Part shown: positions 28,271 to 37,342 of the stretch, one piece after another
How the letters are laid out: every line of letters begins with the position of its first letter
How positions within the stretch are numbered: the first letter of the stretch is position 1
Source: Bdellovibrionales bacterium
GTDB taxonomy: Bacteria > Bdellovibrionota > Bdellovibrionia > Bdellovibrionales > JAGQZY01
DNA length: 64,000 bases
Assembly (NCBI GenBank): GCA_964230645.1
Contig: CAXRHT010000002.1
Span: 832,001 to 896,000 of the forward strand
Direction: 5' to 3'
Notes under the pieces: model-generated
Databases searched by the model: none
The model's input: only the letters and a program-made list of their open reading frames with translations
What the model was told of the DNA's origin: nothing
Translations under genes and position numbers: made by a program

Positions 28271-31039
28271 CTATTCTTCTAAGTCCACCATGCGCGGATA
28301 GATCGGCAAATGGGAACTCTGCACTTTCAGTTTGAGTTTCGAGTTAAGTATCATCGCCTCGCGATGTTTTTGCGTGCTCGGTGTTGAGACCCAACTGCCT
28401 CCCTCGGGAAGATCAATATAAAATGCGCTCATATTAAAAAGTGTTGAGAAGTCTGTGACATGAATTCGAAAACCTGTGCGCTCACTATCAAAGCAATTCG
28501 ACGGAGCTCCGGTAGAGGCTCTGTCGGCAGGAACAGTGGCCAATTGAATGTGATCGCGATCAACATCATCCCTGAGATCTTGGAAGATTTGATTTTCACC
28601 GTCAATGTCCGGATAGGAGCAAAGATAACCTAACTCAGGAAAAGGCAGTTGTTTTGAGCAACCTCCACGACCGTAGCTTATTCCAACGTGCATATAACTA
28701 TTGCCTATTTGCCCATCTTTATCTCTATAGGTGACAGGAAGGTGATTTTTCTTAAATTCACTTGTATCAGCGACTAAACTAACGTTCACTTTTTCATTTC
28801 TTTTATAACTACAAGCCCAACCTTCCACAGTTATCCCGGAAGCGGATTTGTTGAAGCTTGTGACTTTAACACTGACGTTATCCCTGTCTAATCGCGGCGG
28901 AGTAAAAACTTTTCCGCTATTGGTCAGCCATTTATCAAGTGCCGGGTTACTTGGGTGCTTAGCCTTGATATAAATTTTATCTTCTTCATAGTTTGAACGG
29001 CGAGTCCATTTAATATTGTACCAGAACCCAACATTGATAGAGGGATGGGGCCGCCCTTTAGCATCTTTACACTCTTCGTAGAATTCTCCTCGAGCTCTTT
29101 GAGAGGCCATAAGATTTGATTCAAGCAAGATTCCGCCCTCTTCGGCGTTAGGAGCTTTGAGCCAGACTTCTAACTCCAGGCCTTCGGGGTATTCCGGAAT
29201 ACAGGCCCAACCTTCCACAATATAATCCTCGTAATTAGAAAAGGATGTGGTACTCGAGATATAAAGCTGATGGATTTTACCTTTGATCTCTAAATTTTCT
29301 ATATCTGGCTTGTAAAAGTAGTCATCTTCTAAGGGAGTGGTCGAAACCACATTGCCTTCCTTATCAACGACTTGGATGGCGTATAGTTTTTCAGGACGCA
29401 TATTAGGGAGTCTTAATTCAAGAGAAGCATAAGTTCCATTGATTTCATAACTATCAAGCACAGTGGTTTTTCCCGAAAATTTATCGACCAGTTCAACTTT
29501 ATACCCACGAATTCCCTTAGTGAATGAAACAGGAATGGTAAAGCCATTGCCATTCTCAACAGGTTCGCCCATTCCAATCTGGGGAAGATTAATATTAGTG
29601 ATAAAGCGTTCCAACTCCTCTTTAAGTTTTGGAAAACTCAGTCTTCGACCTTTAACAATATAGGGTTTCAGTCCGGCCACTGTTTCAGCGCTTTTTAAGA
29701 AGATTTCCTCGATCATAGCAGGGTTTAAAGGAATGCCGGCTCGATTCGACTTTTCTATTAGGTGAGCTATGGCTCCCGTCACCAAGGGGGCCGCGAAAGA
29801 TGTTCCTGAACCACTCACGTAGGCTGAACCGGTTGGAGAGTGAGACAGAATATCCTCACCTGGGGCTGCTATGTCGACAAGTTTATTGGAATAGTTAGAA
29901 AATGAGCTTAACTGATGAGTATTATTTGTGGACCCAACGCTGATCACACCCTCGTATTCACTAGCAAGTGCTGCAGGAATTACGGGAGAGTCTTCGATAT
30001 TGTTGGAGTCATTTCCTGCCGCTGCAACCACTACACATCCTTCATTGAGGCTGTAGGCAAGCGCCTCTCTAAGGGCTGTTTCCCCGCTGGGACCTGCAAA
30101 ACTTAAATTAAGAACACCTGGTCGTGTGGGAGAGCAAAGAAGTTGAGCGGTCCGCCGAATGGCATTGGCAATCACATCAGTCGTTGTTGAACTCCCGCAA
30201 TTAAAGGCTTTGGTCAAGTATCGAACCTCAACATCGATGACACCGACAATACCTTTTTTATTATTCTGTTTAGAGGTAATAATTCCGTTAACCATTGAGC
30301 CGTGCCCCGAGCAGTCCGAGACGTCATTCGAAGTTTCACCGGCCACACTGTGATTGTACTCCCAGAAGGAGCCATTGGTGTCTTCATGCTCTAAATTAAT
30401 TCCTGAGTCCACAATTCCAATAGGGGCCGAATTGTCGCTTCGTCTTCCTAGAAAATAGTCTCCGGTGTCCCAAAAACCCACAGCATCCAGATAGGGTTGA
30501 TTTAAAGCGAGAGGATCATCGGTGGAAACCGTTCCTCCCGTAAAAAAATGAGCTTGGTTGGTTACTCCGTGTAAACAGGAATTATCACTGGCCTCAGTTT
30601 CAATCGTGTTTTCAATTTCAGACAACCGCATGTCCTGATTCAAAGCCAAGGGGTAGGCCTGAATATCGAGATCCTCGATCTGTGCCTCTTTATTATAGGC
30701 CATACAAGTAAGGGATTCACTGCCAGAGGTACAACTGGACTGAGCACACTGATTGTTAATAAATAAAACCAACTCTTCATCTTTTAAGATAATCGGGTCG
30801 TGTTCTATACCTTGAGAGGTTTGCGAGGAGACAACCGCAAGATTTTTTACGTAAGACTTATCGAAAACAATTTTGTTTTCCTCAAAAGGAGAGGGGTAAT
30901 TCGCCGTGCTATCAAGTAGCTCGCCATAATACTCGGACTCAAAGCCTTTGCCACAATTCTGGAAAACTCCAAGAATCAGAAGAGAGGAAAGTGCAAATGT
31001 GAATAATACTTTTTTTCGACTCATCTCTTTAAAATCCAT
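28271..31039 (-). CDS. S8 (subtilisin-like) serine protease, probable lipoprotein
   Basis: Catalytic triad motifs IVDSG, GHGSMV, GTSFAAP; AAGN oxyanion motif; N-terminal FQNCG; two VEGWAC repeats in the C-terminal region. Confidence 0.9.
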   Translation of the reverse strand: MDFKEMSRKKVLFTFALSSLLILGVFQNCGKGFESEYYGELLDSTANYPSPFEENKIVFDKSYVKNLAVVSSQTSQGIEHDPIILKDEELVLFINNQCAQSSCTSGSESLTCMAYNKEAQIEDLDIQAYPLALNQDMRLSEIENTIETEASDNSCLHGVTNQAHFFTGGTVSTDDPLALNQPYLDAVGFWDTGDYFLGRRSDNSAPIGIVDSGINLEHEDTNGSFWEYNHSVAGETSNDVSDCSGHGSMVNGIITSKQNNKKGIVGVIDVEVRYLTKAFNCGSSTTTDVIANAIRRTAQLLCSPTRPGVLNLSFAGPSGETALREALAYSLNEGCVVVAAAGNDSNNIEDSPVIPAALASEYEGVISVGSTNNTHQLSSFSNYSNKLVDIAAPGEDILSHSPTGSAYVSGSGTSFAAPLVTGAIAHLIEKSNRAGIPLNPAMIEEIFLKSAETVAGLKPYIVKGRRLSFPKLKEELERFITNINLPQIGMGEPVENGNGFTIPVSFTKGIRGYKVELVDKFSGKTTVLDSYEINGTYASLELRLPNMRPEKLYAIQVVDKEGNVVSTTPLEDDYFYKPDIENLEIKGKIHQLYISSTTSFSNYEDYIVEGWACIPEYPEGLELEVWLKAPNAEEGGILLESNLMASQRARGEFYEECKDAKGRPHPSINVGFWYNIKWTRRSNYEEDKIYIKAKHPSNPALDKWLTNSGKVFTPPRLDRDNVSVKVTSFNKSASGITVEGWACSYKRNEKVNVSLVADTSEFKKNHLPVTYRDKDGQIGNSYMHVGISYGRGGCSKQLPFPELGYLCSYPDIDGENQIFQDLRDDVDRDHIQLATVPADRASTGAPSNCFDSERTGFRIHVTDFSTLFNMSAFYIDLPEGGSWVSTPSTQKHREAMILNSKLKLKVQSSHLPIYPRMVDLEE

Positions 31040-31047
31040 CCCTTTCC

Positions 31048-32151
31048 CTACTCATCGCAGTCATTGGTGCAGTTTCTATAGATGGCTTCAGGCGGACCAT
31101 CAAAAAGTCCGTCTTCGATTCGACATTTCCTTAAGTGTTGATATTTATCACAACTATCATTACAGCCCACACTTTGCTTTGTATAAGCTGTTATCTCAGT
31201 TCCACCGAGAGCTTGAGCGCCCGACCAAGGAAGGCGACAAACAAATCCAGGGGCGCCTCCTCCTTCTTCACAAGTCTCAGGAGCACAAGAGCCAAACTTG
31301 AAGCTTGGGTCTCCTGTTAAAACACCATCCACACAGGAGCGTGGCTGCATATTGCCATTATCTAAACAGCTTTTGTCACAAGCGACACTTCCACTTTTAT
31401 AGGCGATCGCTTGCTGATTGTTATATAATTTTGTTCCCCAGGGGGTGATACACTCAACACATTTTTCCTGGGTACAGGCGCCAAACTTGTATTTCTTTTC
31501 ATCGAGCTCATCAAATTTCCCAGAGTCACATGTTAAATAGGTCGACTCACAACGATTACCACATTTTACCGATTCACTGGCATAGCCTCGAACCCTTTCC
31601 CCGTCGCCGACTTTATCACCCCAGGGAGTGGTGCACTCGATACACTTTTCAATTCGACAGTTGGGGAACGAGTAGGTGCTAATATTAGCCCCCACTAAAC
31701 GTCCGTTGCTACAGGTTACATCTCGGGCCTCGCACTCACTCTTGCAATTAACTACGTCGTCGCGAAAAGCACTGATAGTAGCTCCCTCAGCGAGCTGCTC
31801 TCCCCAGGGGAGTTCGCAGGCGGAACACTCGGTTTCTTCGCATGTAAAGGCGGGGAACTGGGAATGCAGTCCAAGATCGCCATTGGAGCACTCAACCTCA
31901 ATTTTTTGAGACTCACAACTCACACCACATCCAGGTTTTGAAATACGATACATCGCAAGTTTTTCACCATTCAAAATACTCCTGCCATCAGGCAGATCAC
32001 AAGCACAGGTTTCGGACTCTTCACACTCAAGTTGTTGGGCCTCATCTTTTGAAGAAGAACTGGTCGTCTCGATTTTGGGCTCTGTGACCGAAGATGTACA
32101 ACCCGAAAAAAACGAAAAAGAAAGGGCGATAAGAATGATTAATTTTTGCAT
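31048..32151 (-). CDS. Cysteine-rich repeat lipoprotein
   Basis: Lipobox FSGC; five ~60-aa repeats C-x-(T/L)PWG...VxCxxxC...CxxGxL...C. Confidence 0.8.
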   Translation of the reverse strand: MQKLIILIALSFSFFSGCTSSVTEPKIETTSSSSKDEAQQLECEESETCACDLPDGRSILNGEKLAMYRISKPGCGVSCESQKIEVECSNGDLGLHSQFPAFTCEETECSACELPWGEQLAEGATISAFRDDVVNCKSECEARDVTCSNGRLVGANISTYSFPNCRIEKCIECTTPWGDKVGDGERVRGYASESVKCGNRCESTYLTCDSGKFDELDEKKYKFGACTQEKCVECITPWGTKLYNNQQAIAYKSGSVACDKSCLDNGNMQPRSCVDGVLTGDPSFKFGSCAPETCEEGGGAPGFVCRLPWSGAQALGGTEITAYTKQSVGCNDSCDKYQHLRKCRIEDGLFDGPPEAIYRNCTNDCDE

Positions 32152-33401
32152 ATCGACCTACAAGTTTTAAATTTATATTTACCGGCACCACTCAATTTTC
32201 CATTCACACACATTCTCACCAGAGAATGACTCGAACAAGTGTCCCCACAATCGACCGTTGCCACATCAAAGGCCACAAAGCTTGAACCCTCAGACACTTT
32301 CCCATTCAGATTTCCAGAGAGATTTCGTATCTCATCTTTGGCCGCTTTCCAGGGGGTCTCACAAAAACTTTTTGAAATTATAATTTTATTGATAGGAGTT
32401 CCCGGACCACCACTGCCGCCTCCACCGCCATCATCAAACCAACCTTGACCGGGACCATAATCATTCCCCGTTCCACCGCCATTGCCGCCACCTTCGCCGT
32501 CGCAGGCCTCCTGTAAGCAACTACTAAATTGATAGTTTAGCGCCTGGGAAGGAGAGGCACTCGCCATATTTCTGGTCATGCAAGACACTTTACCGGAGAA
32601 GTCCGAGCACTTTTGACCGCAGGCAACCTTATCTTTGCTGTATAAAGTTAACTCACGACCAAAAACAACCTTTAAACCCGAACTAAGTTCACAATCGCAA
32701 TCGGGAACCTGACAAGAGGAGAAGTTTGCAATACTTAGATCACCACTTAACTCTCCACTACTGCTACAAGTGACTCGGGTTCTATTTTCATTAGTGTAGC
32801 AACTCTCACTACAACCCACTTCTTCTGTTTTATAAAAATAACGACTTGTGCCTCTTGGGATTCTTAAACCGCCTGGGAGATTACAATAGCAGGTGGGAGT
32901 TTGACAGCTTCGATACTGATACTCGCTGGCTGGAGGTCCCTTAATCGCACCGTTAGCGAGACACTCCACCTCTGCGATATTGGACGAGTGGTCACAGGCC
33001 ATGGCCGCATCATCACAACTCCCTGTATTTCTCTTATAAAACTTTATTTTTTGACCGACGTTGATAAAAATATCGCCATACTTACAGCGGCAAGGCTGAC
33101 TCACACAAGCCGGCTCCGTGAAACCTATGTCTCCTGTCAGCTCACCTTCTTGACACTTTACTTTTCCTGCCACCTGACTACAGGTATTCCCACAGCTCAC
33201 ACTTTTTTGAGAATAGACTGTAACCTCGGCCCCTTCCTGAATGATCATATCATTGGGACCAAAACAATAGTTACCTGAGCCTTTTTCATTTTGAGGTGTT
33301 TCGGAGGAATTTTCGCTCTGCTCGATTTTGGATTCTTCTACCTGACTGGTGCAGGCACCCAAACCCAACATAAATAGAATGGTGACAAAAAAACGAACCA
33401 C
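32139..33401 (-). CDS. Cysteine-rich repeat lipoprotein
   Basis: Lipobox LGAC; five repeats of the same type, with a Gly-rich linker before the last one. Confidence 0.8.
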   Translation of the reverse strand: MVRFFVTILFMLGLGACTSQVEESKIEQSENSSETPQNEKGSGNYCFGPNDMIIQEGAEVTVYSQKSVSCGNTCSQVAGKVKCQEGELTGDIGFTEPACVSQPCRCKYGDIFINVGQKIKFYKRNTGSCDDAAMACDHSSNIAEVECLANGAIKGPPASEYQYRSCQTPTCYCNLPGGLRIPRGTSRYFYKTEEVGCSESCYTNENRTRVTCSSSGELSGDLSIANFSSCQVPDCDCELSSGLKVVFGRELTLYSKDKVACGQKCSDFSGKVSCMTRNMASASPSQALNYQFSSCLQEACDGEGGGNGGGTGNDYGPGQGWFDDGGGGGSGGPGTPINKIIISKSFCETPWKAAKDEIRNLSGNLNGKVSEGSSFVAFDVATVDCGDTCSSHSLVRMCVNGKLSGAGKYKFKTCRSICKN

Positions 33402-33570
33402 GGCTATCCCCCAACTTTATCCCTTGCCTTCATGATAGTTCTATAATTTTAATTGCTCAACGTAGGGCTGAGATTCTCTGGTCAGAAGTCGTTACGTTGA
33501 AGATGACTGGAATATTTGTTTCCACATGATACGTCTTATTTTAAGATAACATTAAGCGGGGGAGATCATC

Positions 33571-34830
33571 TTGAAAAAGCTTCTATTTAGCCTCTATTTG
33601 TGCTTACTTTTACCAACTTTTGCTTGGGCACAACAAACTAAAGTGTATTACGCCGTTCGCGGTAAGAAACCTCAGCTCCTTAGAACAAAGTCGGTCAACC
33701 GATGGTCTTGGAAAGAGCCAACTGAGGGAAAACCAAGGATGGTTAACGAAACTCTGTTTGCCCTACCAGGAAATACAATTCGAAACACTGTGAAATCTAA
33801 GTATGGAGAGGCTCAACTCAAAGGTGGTGGGAAAAAGCTTTTTCTCTCAAGCCACTACCTTACCAACATGGTTTTAGTCTCAGATGGTCAAAGGAAAGAG
33901 AAGTTTTTCATAAAAACAAAATTAGAAAAAAAGCGGATCAGCAATGGCTGCGAGGAGTCTTATCTAATCCTACAGGCCAAAGATGGCAACGAGTTCCCTG
34001 GACCTTTAGGAACTTTCTGTAAAAAGCAAAATGACTCCACTCTCTTTTCTGTGGCGTTTCCTGGAGAGGTCAATTGGTCTGGATCCACTCTTTTTGAAAC
34101 AGAAGGTAAAGGAGAAAGCTGGAAGGTTTATGAAATAAGCGAGGCTCAAAGCCAGTCCGGTGGCAAGATTGGCAACTTCTCGGTTCAATATAAAAATAAA
34201 ACTTATGAGTACGAACTGCTCTCAAACTATTCTAAAAGTCAGGCTCAAAATGATTCCGAATCCAATCGTTATCAACTTCTGGTTGGAAATGTCAGTCTCA
34301 CGGCAAAGGACGCCACCTCCGAGGCCTCTGAAAGTCCTTTCTTTGTAGGTGGACGCTTTCTATCCCGCCCTATTTTTAGCTCTTTACGCTTAGGAGTGGA
34401 TTTCAATATCTCTCAATCTTTCAACTCTGACCCTCAAAATCAGCCTCTTAACTACAAAGAGTTCCGTGCTTTCGCCGGTTATGGCCTTTTAGGAGGAGAC
34501 TTTGAAATAGCTCCACGAATTTACACCATATTTGCAGACGCAAGTAATCCGAATTCGGGCCTCAAAATGGTGCATCAGCACTTAGGCCTGGGCTTGGCCT
34601 TCATTTTAAAGCTCGGCCCTGACTTTAGAACTCACTTCGTCTATCTACAGAGTGGATTCCTTGGCTCGGTACCGACGACTCACTCCAGTCTGCAGTTCGA
34701 GGCCGCCTATAATTTCGGTGGATTTGAAGCGGGGTTTGGGATCGAAATGAACGACTATGGCTACGAGACACAAACCCGTGGCAATCCCGAGTTCACTCAG
34801 GCCATTTACTACCTAAGTTTAGGATTCTAG
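33571..34830 (+). CDS. Secreted protein with probable C-terminal outer-membrane beta-barrel
   Basis: Signal peptide (AWA); alternating beta-strand pattern ending YYLSLGF (terminal Phe). Confidence 0.6.
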   Translation: MKKLLFSLYLCLLLPTFAWAQQTKVYYAVRGKKPQLLRTKSVNRWSWKEPTEGKPRMVNETLFALPGNTIRNTVKSKYGEAQLKGGGKKLFLSSHYLTNMVLVSDGQRKEKFFIKTKLEKKRISNGCEESYLILQAKDGNEFPGPLGTFCKKQNDSTLFSVAFPGEVNWSGSTLFETEGKGESWKVYEISEAQSQSGGKIGNFSVQYKNKTYEYELLSNYSKSQAQNDSESNRYQLLVGNVSLTAKDATSEASESPFFVGGRFLSRPIFSSLRLGVDFNISQSFNSDPQNQPLNYKEFRAFAGYGLLGGDFEIAPRIYTIFADASNPNSGLKMVHQHLGLGLAFILKLGPDFRTHFVYLQSGFLGSVPTTHSSLQFEAAYNFGGFEAGFGIEMNDYGYETQTRGNPEFTQAIYYLSLGF

Positions 34831-34973
34831 ACTTACCTCACCTCATTTTCTCTCAATGAAAACCCTTTAAAAAATAGACCAAAGAAGGGGGCTTTTTAGC
34901 CTCTTCTTTCCCATTTAAACTTGAAAAAAAAACGCAGTGTTCCGATGGGTTATCTATACACAAAGGAAAAAAG

Positions 34974-35405
34974 ATGGGTGCTAAAAATGTTTGGGTGATT
35001 GGTCGCGATTCCGATTGCGATATCGTAATTAACAGCAAAAACGTCAGCCGTCGACAGGCAGAGATTCACCAAAGTGAAAATATTTTCTTTCTCATTAATC
35101 ACTCTAAACATAAAACCTCCTTTTTAAAAAGAGGAGAGCAAAAAATCCAGGTGGAACGGACTCGTTTAAAAGAAGGAGACCTTCTCTTTTTTGCTAACGA
35201 GGGTCCTTTCGAGTTTGAGTCCTTAATTGACAGTGACCGAACAGTTATTGATTTCAACCCTTTAAGCGGTGAAGACAGTCTGCAAACCACAGATCCTGGT
35301 AGTGTTGACTTCCAAAAGTATGTGGAAAAAAAGCGATGTTCAGCTTGCGCCACGATTGTCGCTAAAAACGAGAGTCAGTGTCCTGAGTGTGGGAGCATGA
35401 TATGA
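34974..35405 (+). CDS. FHA domain protein with C-terminal zinc ribbon
   Basis: IGRDSDCDIVINSKNVSRRQA FHA motif; CSAC...CPECG. Confidence 0.88.
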   Translation: MGAKNVWVIGRDSDCDIVINSKNVSRRQAEIHQSENIFFLINHSKHKTSFLKRGEQKIQVERTRLKEGDLLFFANEGPFEFESLIDSDRTVIDFNPLSGEDSLQTTDPGSVDFQKYVEKKRCSACATIVAKNESQCPECGSMI

Positions 35406-36232
35406 GCGCCGCAAAAAAAATAATCGATAAATTTCGTCCAAAGAAGAAGTCTTACAACCTTCCACGCATGGAGGTAAACAATCATATCGAAGGGTATTCC
35501 TTTTTTGATTATGTCGAGCCTTATACCCTTGGGATCATATTTACTTTGTGTGCTGTCTTAGCGATCCATTTAACCGGTGAGAGCTATATCAAGTCTATGG
35601 CTACAGGCGGAAAGTCCTTCCCGTTCACCTTTCAAGGACTTATGTGGCTTGTTATGGGAATTGGTATCGGAACCCTCTGTTTCAAATACGCTCGTATCAA
35701 AGAAAAAAGAGAAAGTTTTCAAATCGACTGCTTCCCCAGGGACCCACACCTTATTTTAGATTCAAAAGAGATTGCCAAAATTCGCCTTAAATTAAAAATT
35801 TATGATCGCGATCACAGTGCTGTTTTTCCGCGAGTCACCACGAAGGTATTAACCAAGTATCAAACCAATAAGTCGGTTGAGGAAGCCCAATCCATGCTAG
35901 CTTCTCAAGTTGATATCATGTCTCAACGCTCAGACACCGAATACAACAGTTTGAGATACTACTCATGGCTTCTACCTTCGCTAGGATTCATGGGCACGGT
36001 TTACGGAATCTCAGAAGCCGTAGCGGTGGTTGGTCAGTCAACCCCTGATGATCCAGATCTTTTAAAGAATGTGGCCGTCAGTCTCGCAGTGGCTTTTGAC
36101 ACGACTCTTTTGTCTTTAATTCAAAGTTCTGTAATTCTCTTTTTTATGAACAAGCTTGAATCTCGCGAGGAAAAGCTCAATGTCGCTATTGAAGAGCGCA
36201 TCGTCGATGAAGTTATCAGTAGGTTGAAATAG
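35402..36232 (+). CDS. MotA/TolQ/ExbB proton-channel family protein
   Basis: LLPSLGFMGTVYGI...SLAVAFDTTLLSL; ATGA overlap with the FHA gene. Confidence 0.88.
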   Translation: MSAAKKIIDKFRPKKKSYNLPRMEVNNHIEGYSFFDYVEPYTLGIIFTLCAVLAIHLTGESYIKSMATGGKSFPFTFQGLMWLVMGIGIGTLCFKYARIKEKRESFQIDCFPRDPHLILDSKEIAKIRLKLKIYDRDHSAVFPRVTTKVLTKYQTNKSVEEAQSMLASQVDIMSQRSDTEYNSLRYYSWLLPSLGFMGTVYGISEAVAVVGQSTPDDPDLLKNVAVSLAVAFDTTLLSLIQSSVILFFMNKLESREEKLNVAIEERIVDEVISRLK

Positions 36233-37342
36233 ATGGCTCGAAAGAAAAAGAACCGTGACATCAATGTTTTTAGTGCCTCGGCGATCGATCTTTTCGCCTC
36301 GTCCATGGGCGTATTTATCATTCTTGTTGTTGTTTTATTTCCTTATTTTGGCAACAAATCCAAAATCGAACTCTCCAAGTCAGACACAGAGAGCATTAAA
36401 AGCCTTGAGACCTTCAAAACACGGGTTAAGAAACAAGAAAAAGTGATTAGCTCTAAAAATGCTAAAATTAAAGAGATTCAAAAAAAGTTGGAACAATTGA
36501 CCGAGAGTGTTCAATCAAGTTCACAAAACCAGAATCAACAAATTAGCTCGCAGCAGGAAAAGATCTCTGAACTGAAGAAGAAACTCGAAGACGCTCAATC
36601 ACAGCTTTCCTCAAACTCCTCTCTTGAAGAAATTTTAGAAAAAAAGAATGATACTATTACAAAGCTTGAGACAGAAAGTAACAGCAAAAACAAGAAAATC
36701 TCCAAACTTGAACAAGAAATACAAAGCTTAAAAGAAGTAAGTCAGCGAGCGCTCGCTTCTGTAAAGGATTCCCAATCCATGTCGACACAAGTCTCTTCTC
36801 TTCAAAAAGCCTTGGAGGCTATGAAAGATGAAGTGAAAAAACAAAAAGCCAGCCAAGCCAACAGTAGTCAAACAATCACAGATCTAAAAGAAAAGCTTGA
36901 AAAAGAGAAATCTTTTAGCAGCTCGCTTGAACAAAAGCTTAAGAAAAACAAGGGCCAAGTGGATGGCAAATCCTTTTTAGCGGTTGTGATGAAATGGTCC
37001 ACAGAAAAGCATGATGTGGATCTTGTTCTCAAGGCTCCTGATGGGAAAGTTTTTGATTTTAAACATAAAAAATATGGCAATAGCTATGGGGAGTTCGTGC
37101 TTGATTCTCGCAGTGGACCGGGAGCTGAGGTATGGCAATCACAGCAACTCACACCAGGACGCTATACATTGACCTCAAAGCTCTACAACACTTATGGTAA
37201 CAACAAACCAGCAGAAGTTTCAGCCAGCCTTTTCACCAAAAAAGGGAAGATGGACATTCCCGCCTTCCAACTCTCCCCAAAAAAGAAAACCAACTCCGTT
37301 TCTTTTGAAGTCGACAAAGAAGGAAAAATTCAGTTTTTCTAG
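36233..37342 (+). CDS. Single-TM (conserved Asp) coiled-coil protein with C-terminal YfaP/DUF2135-like domain; probable partner of the MotA-like protein
   Basis: SAIDLFASSMGVFIILVVVLF TM, ~200 aa coiled coil, VMKW...DVDLVLKAPDG...LDSRSGPGAE. Confidence 0.7.
   Translation: MARKKKNRDINVFSASAIDLFASSMGVFIILVVVLFPYFGNKSKIELSKSDTESIKSLETFKTRVKKQEKVISSKNAKIKEIQKKLEQLTESVQSSSQNQNQQISSQQEKISELKKKLEDAQSQLSSNSSLEEILEKKNDTITKLETESNSKNKKISKLEQEIQSLKEVSQRALASVKDSQSMSTQVSSLQKALEAMKDEVKKQKASQANSSQTITDLKEKLEKEKSFSSSLEQKLKKNKGQVDGKSFLAVVMKWSTEKHDVDLVLKAPDGKVFDFKHKKYGNSYGEFVLDSRSGPGAEVWQSQQLTPGRYTLTSKLYNTYGNNKPAEVSASLFTKKGKMDIPAFQLSPKKKTNSVSFEVDKEGKIQFF

Noticed and set aside
34915..34950. Possible sigma-28 promoter (TCCGATGG) upstream of the FHA gene
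   Set aside because: Match to the consensus is too weak to support
35402..37342. Zorya (zorAB) or flagellar motAB call
   Set aside because: The MotA-like protein has no long ZorA tail, the partner lacks an OmpA-like domain, and no zorC/D/E or flagellar genes are nearby
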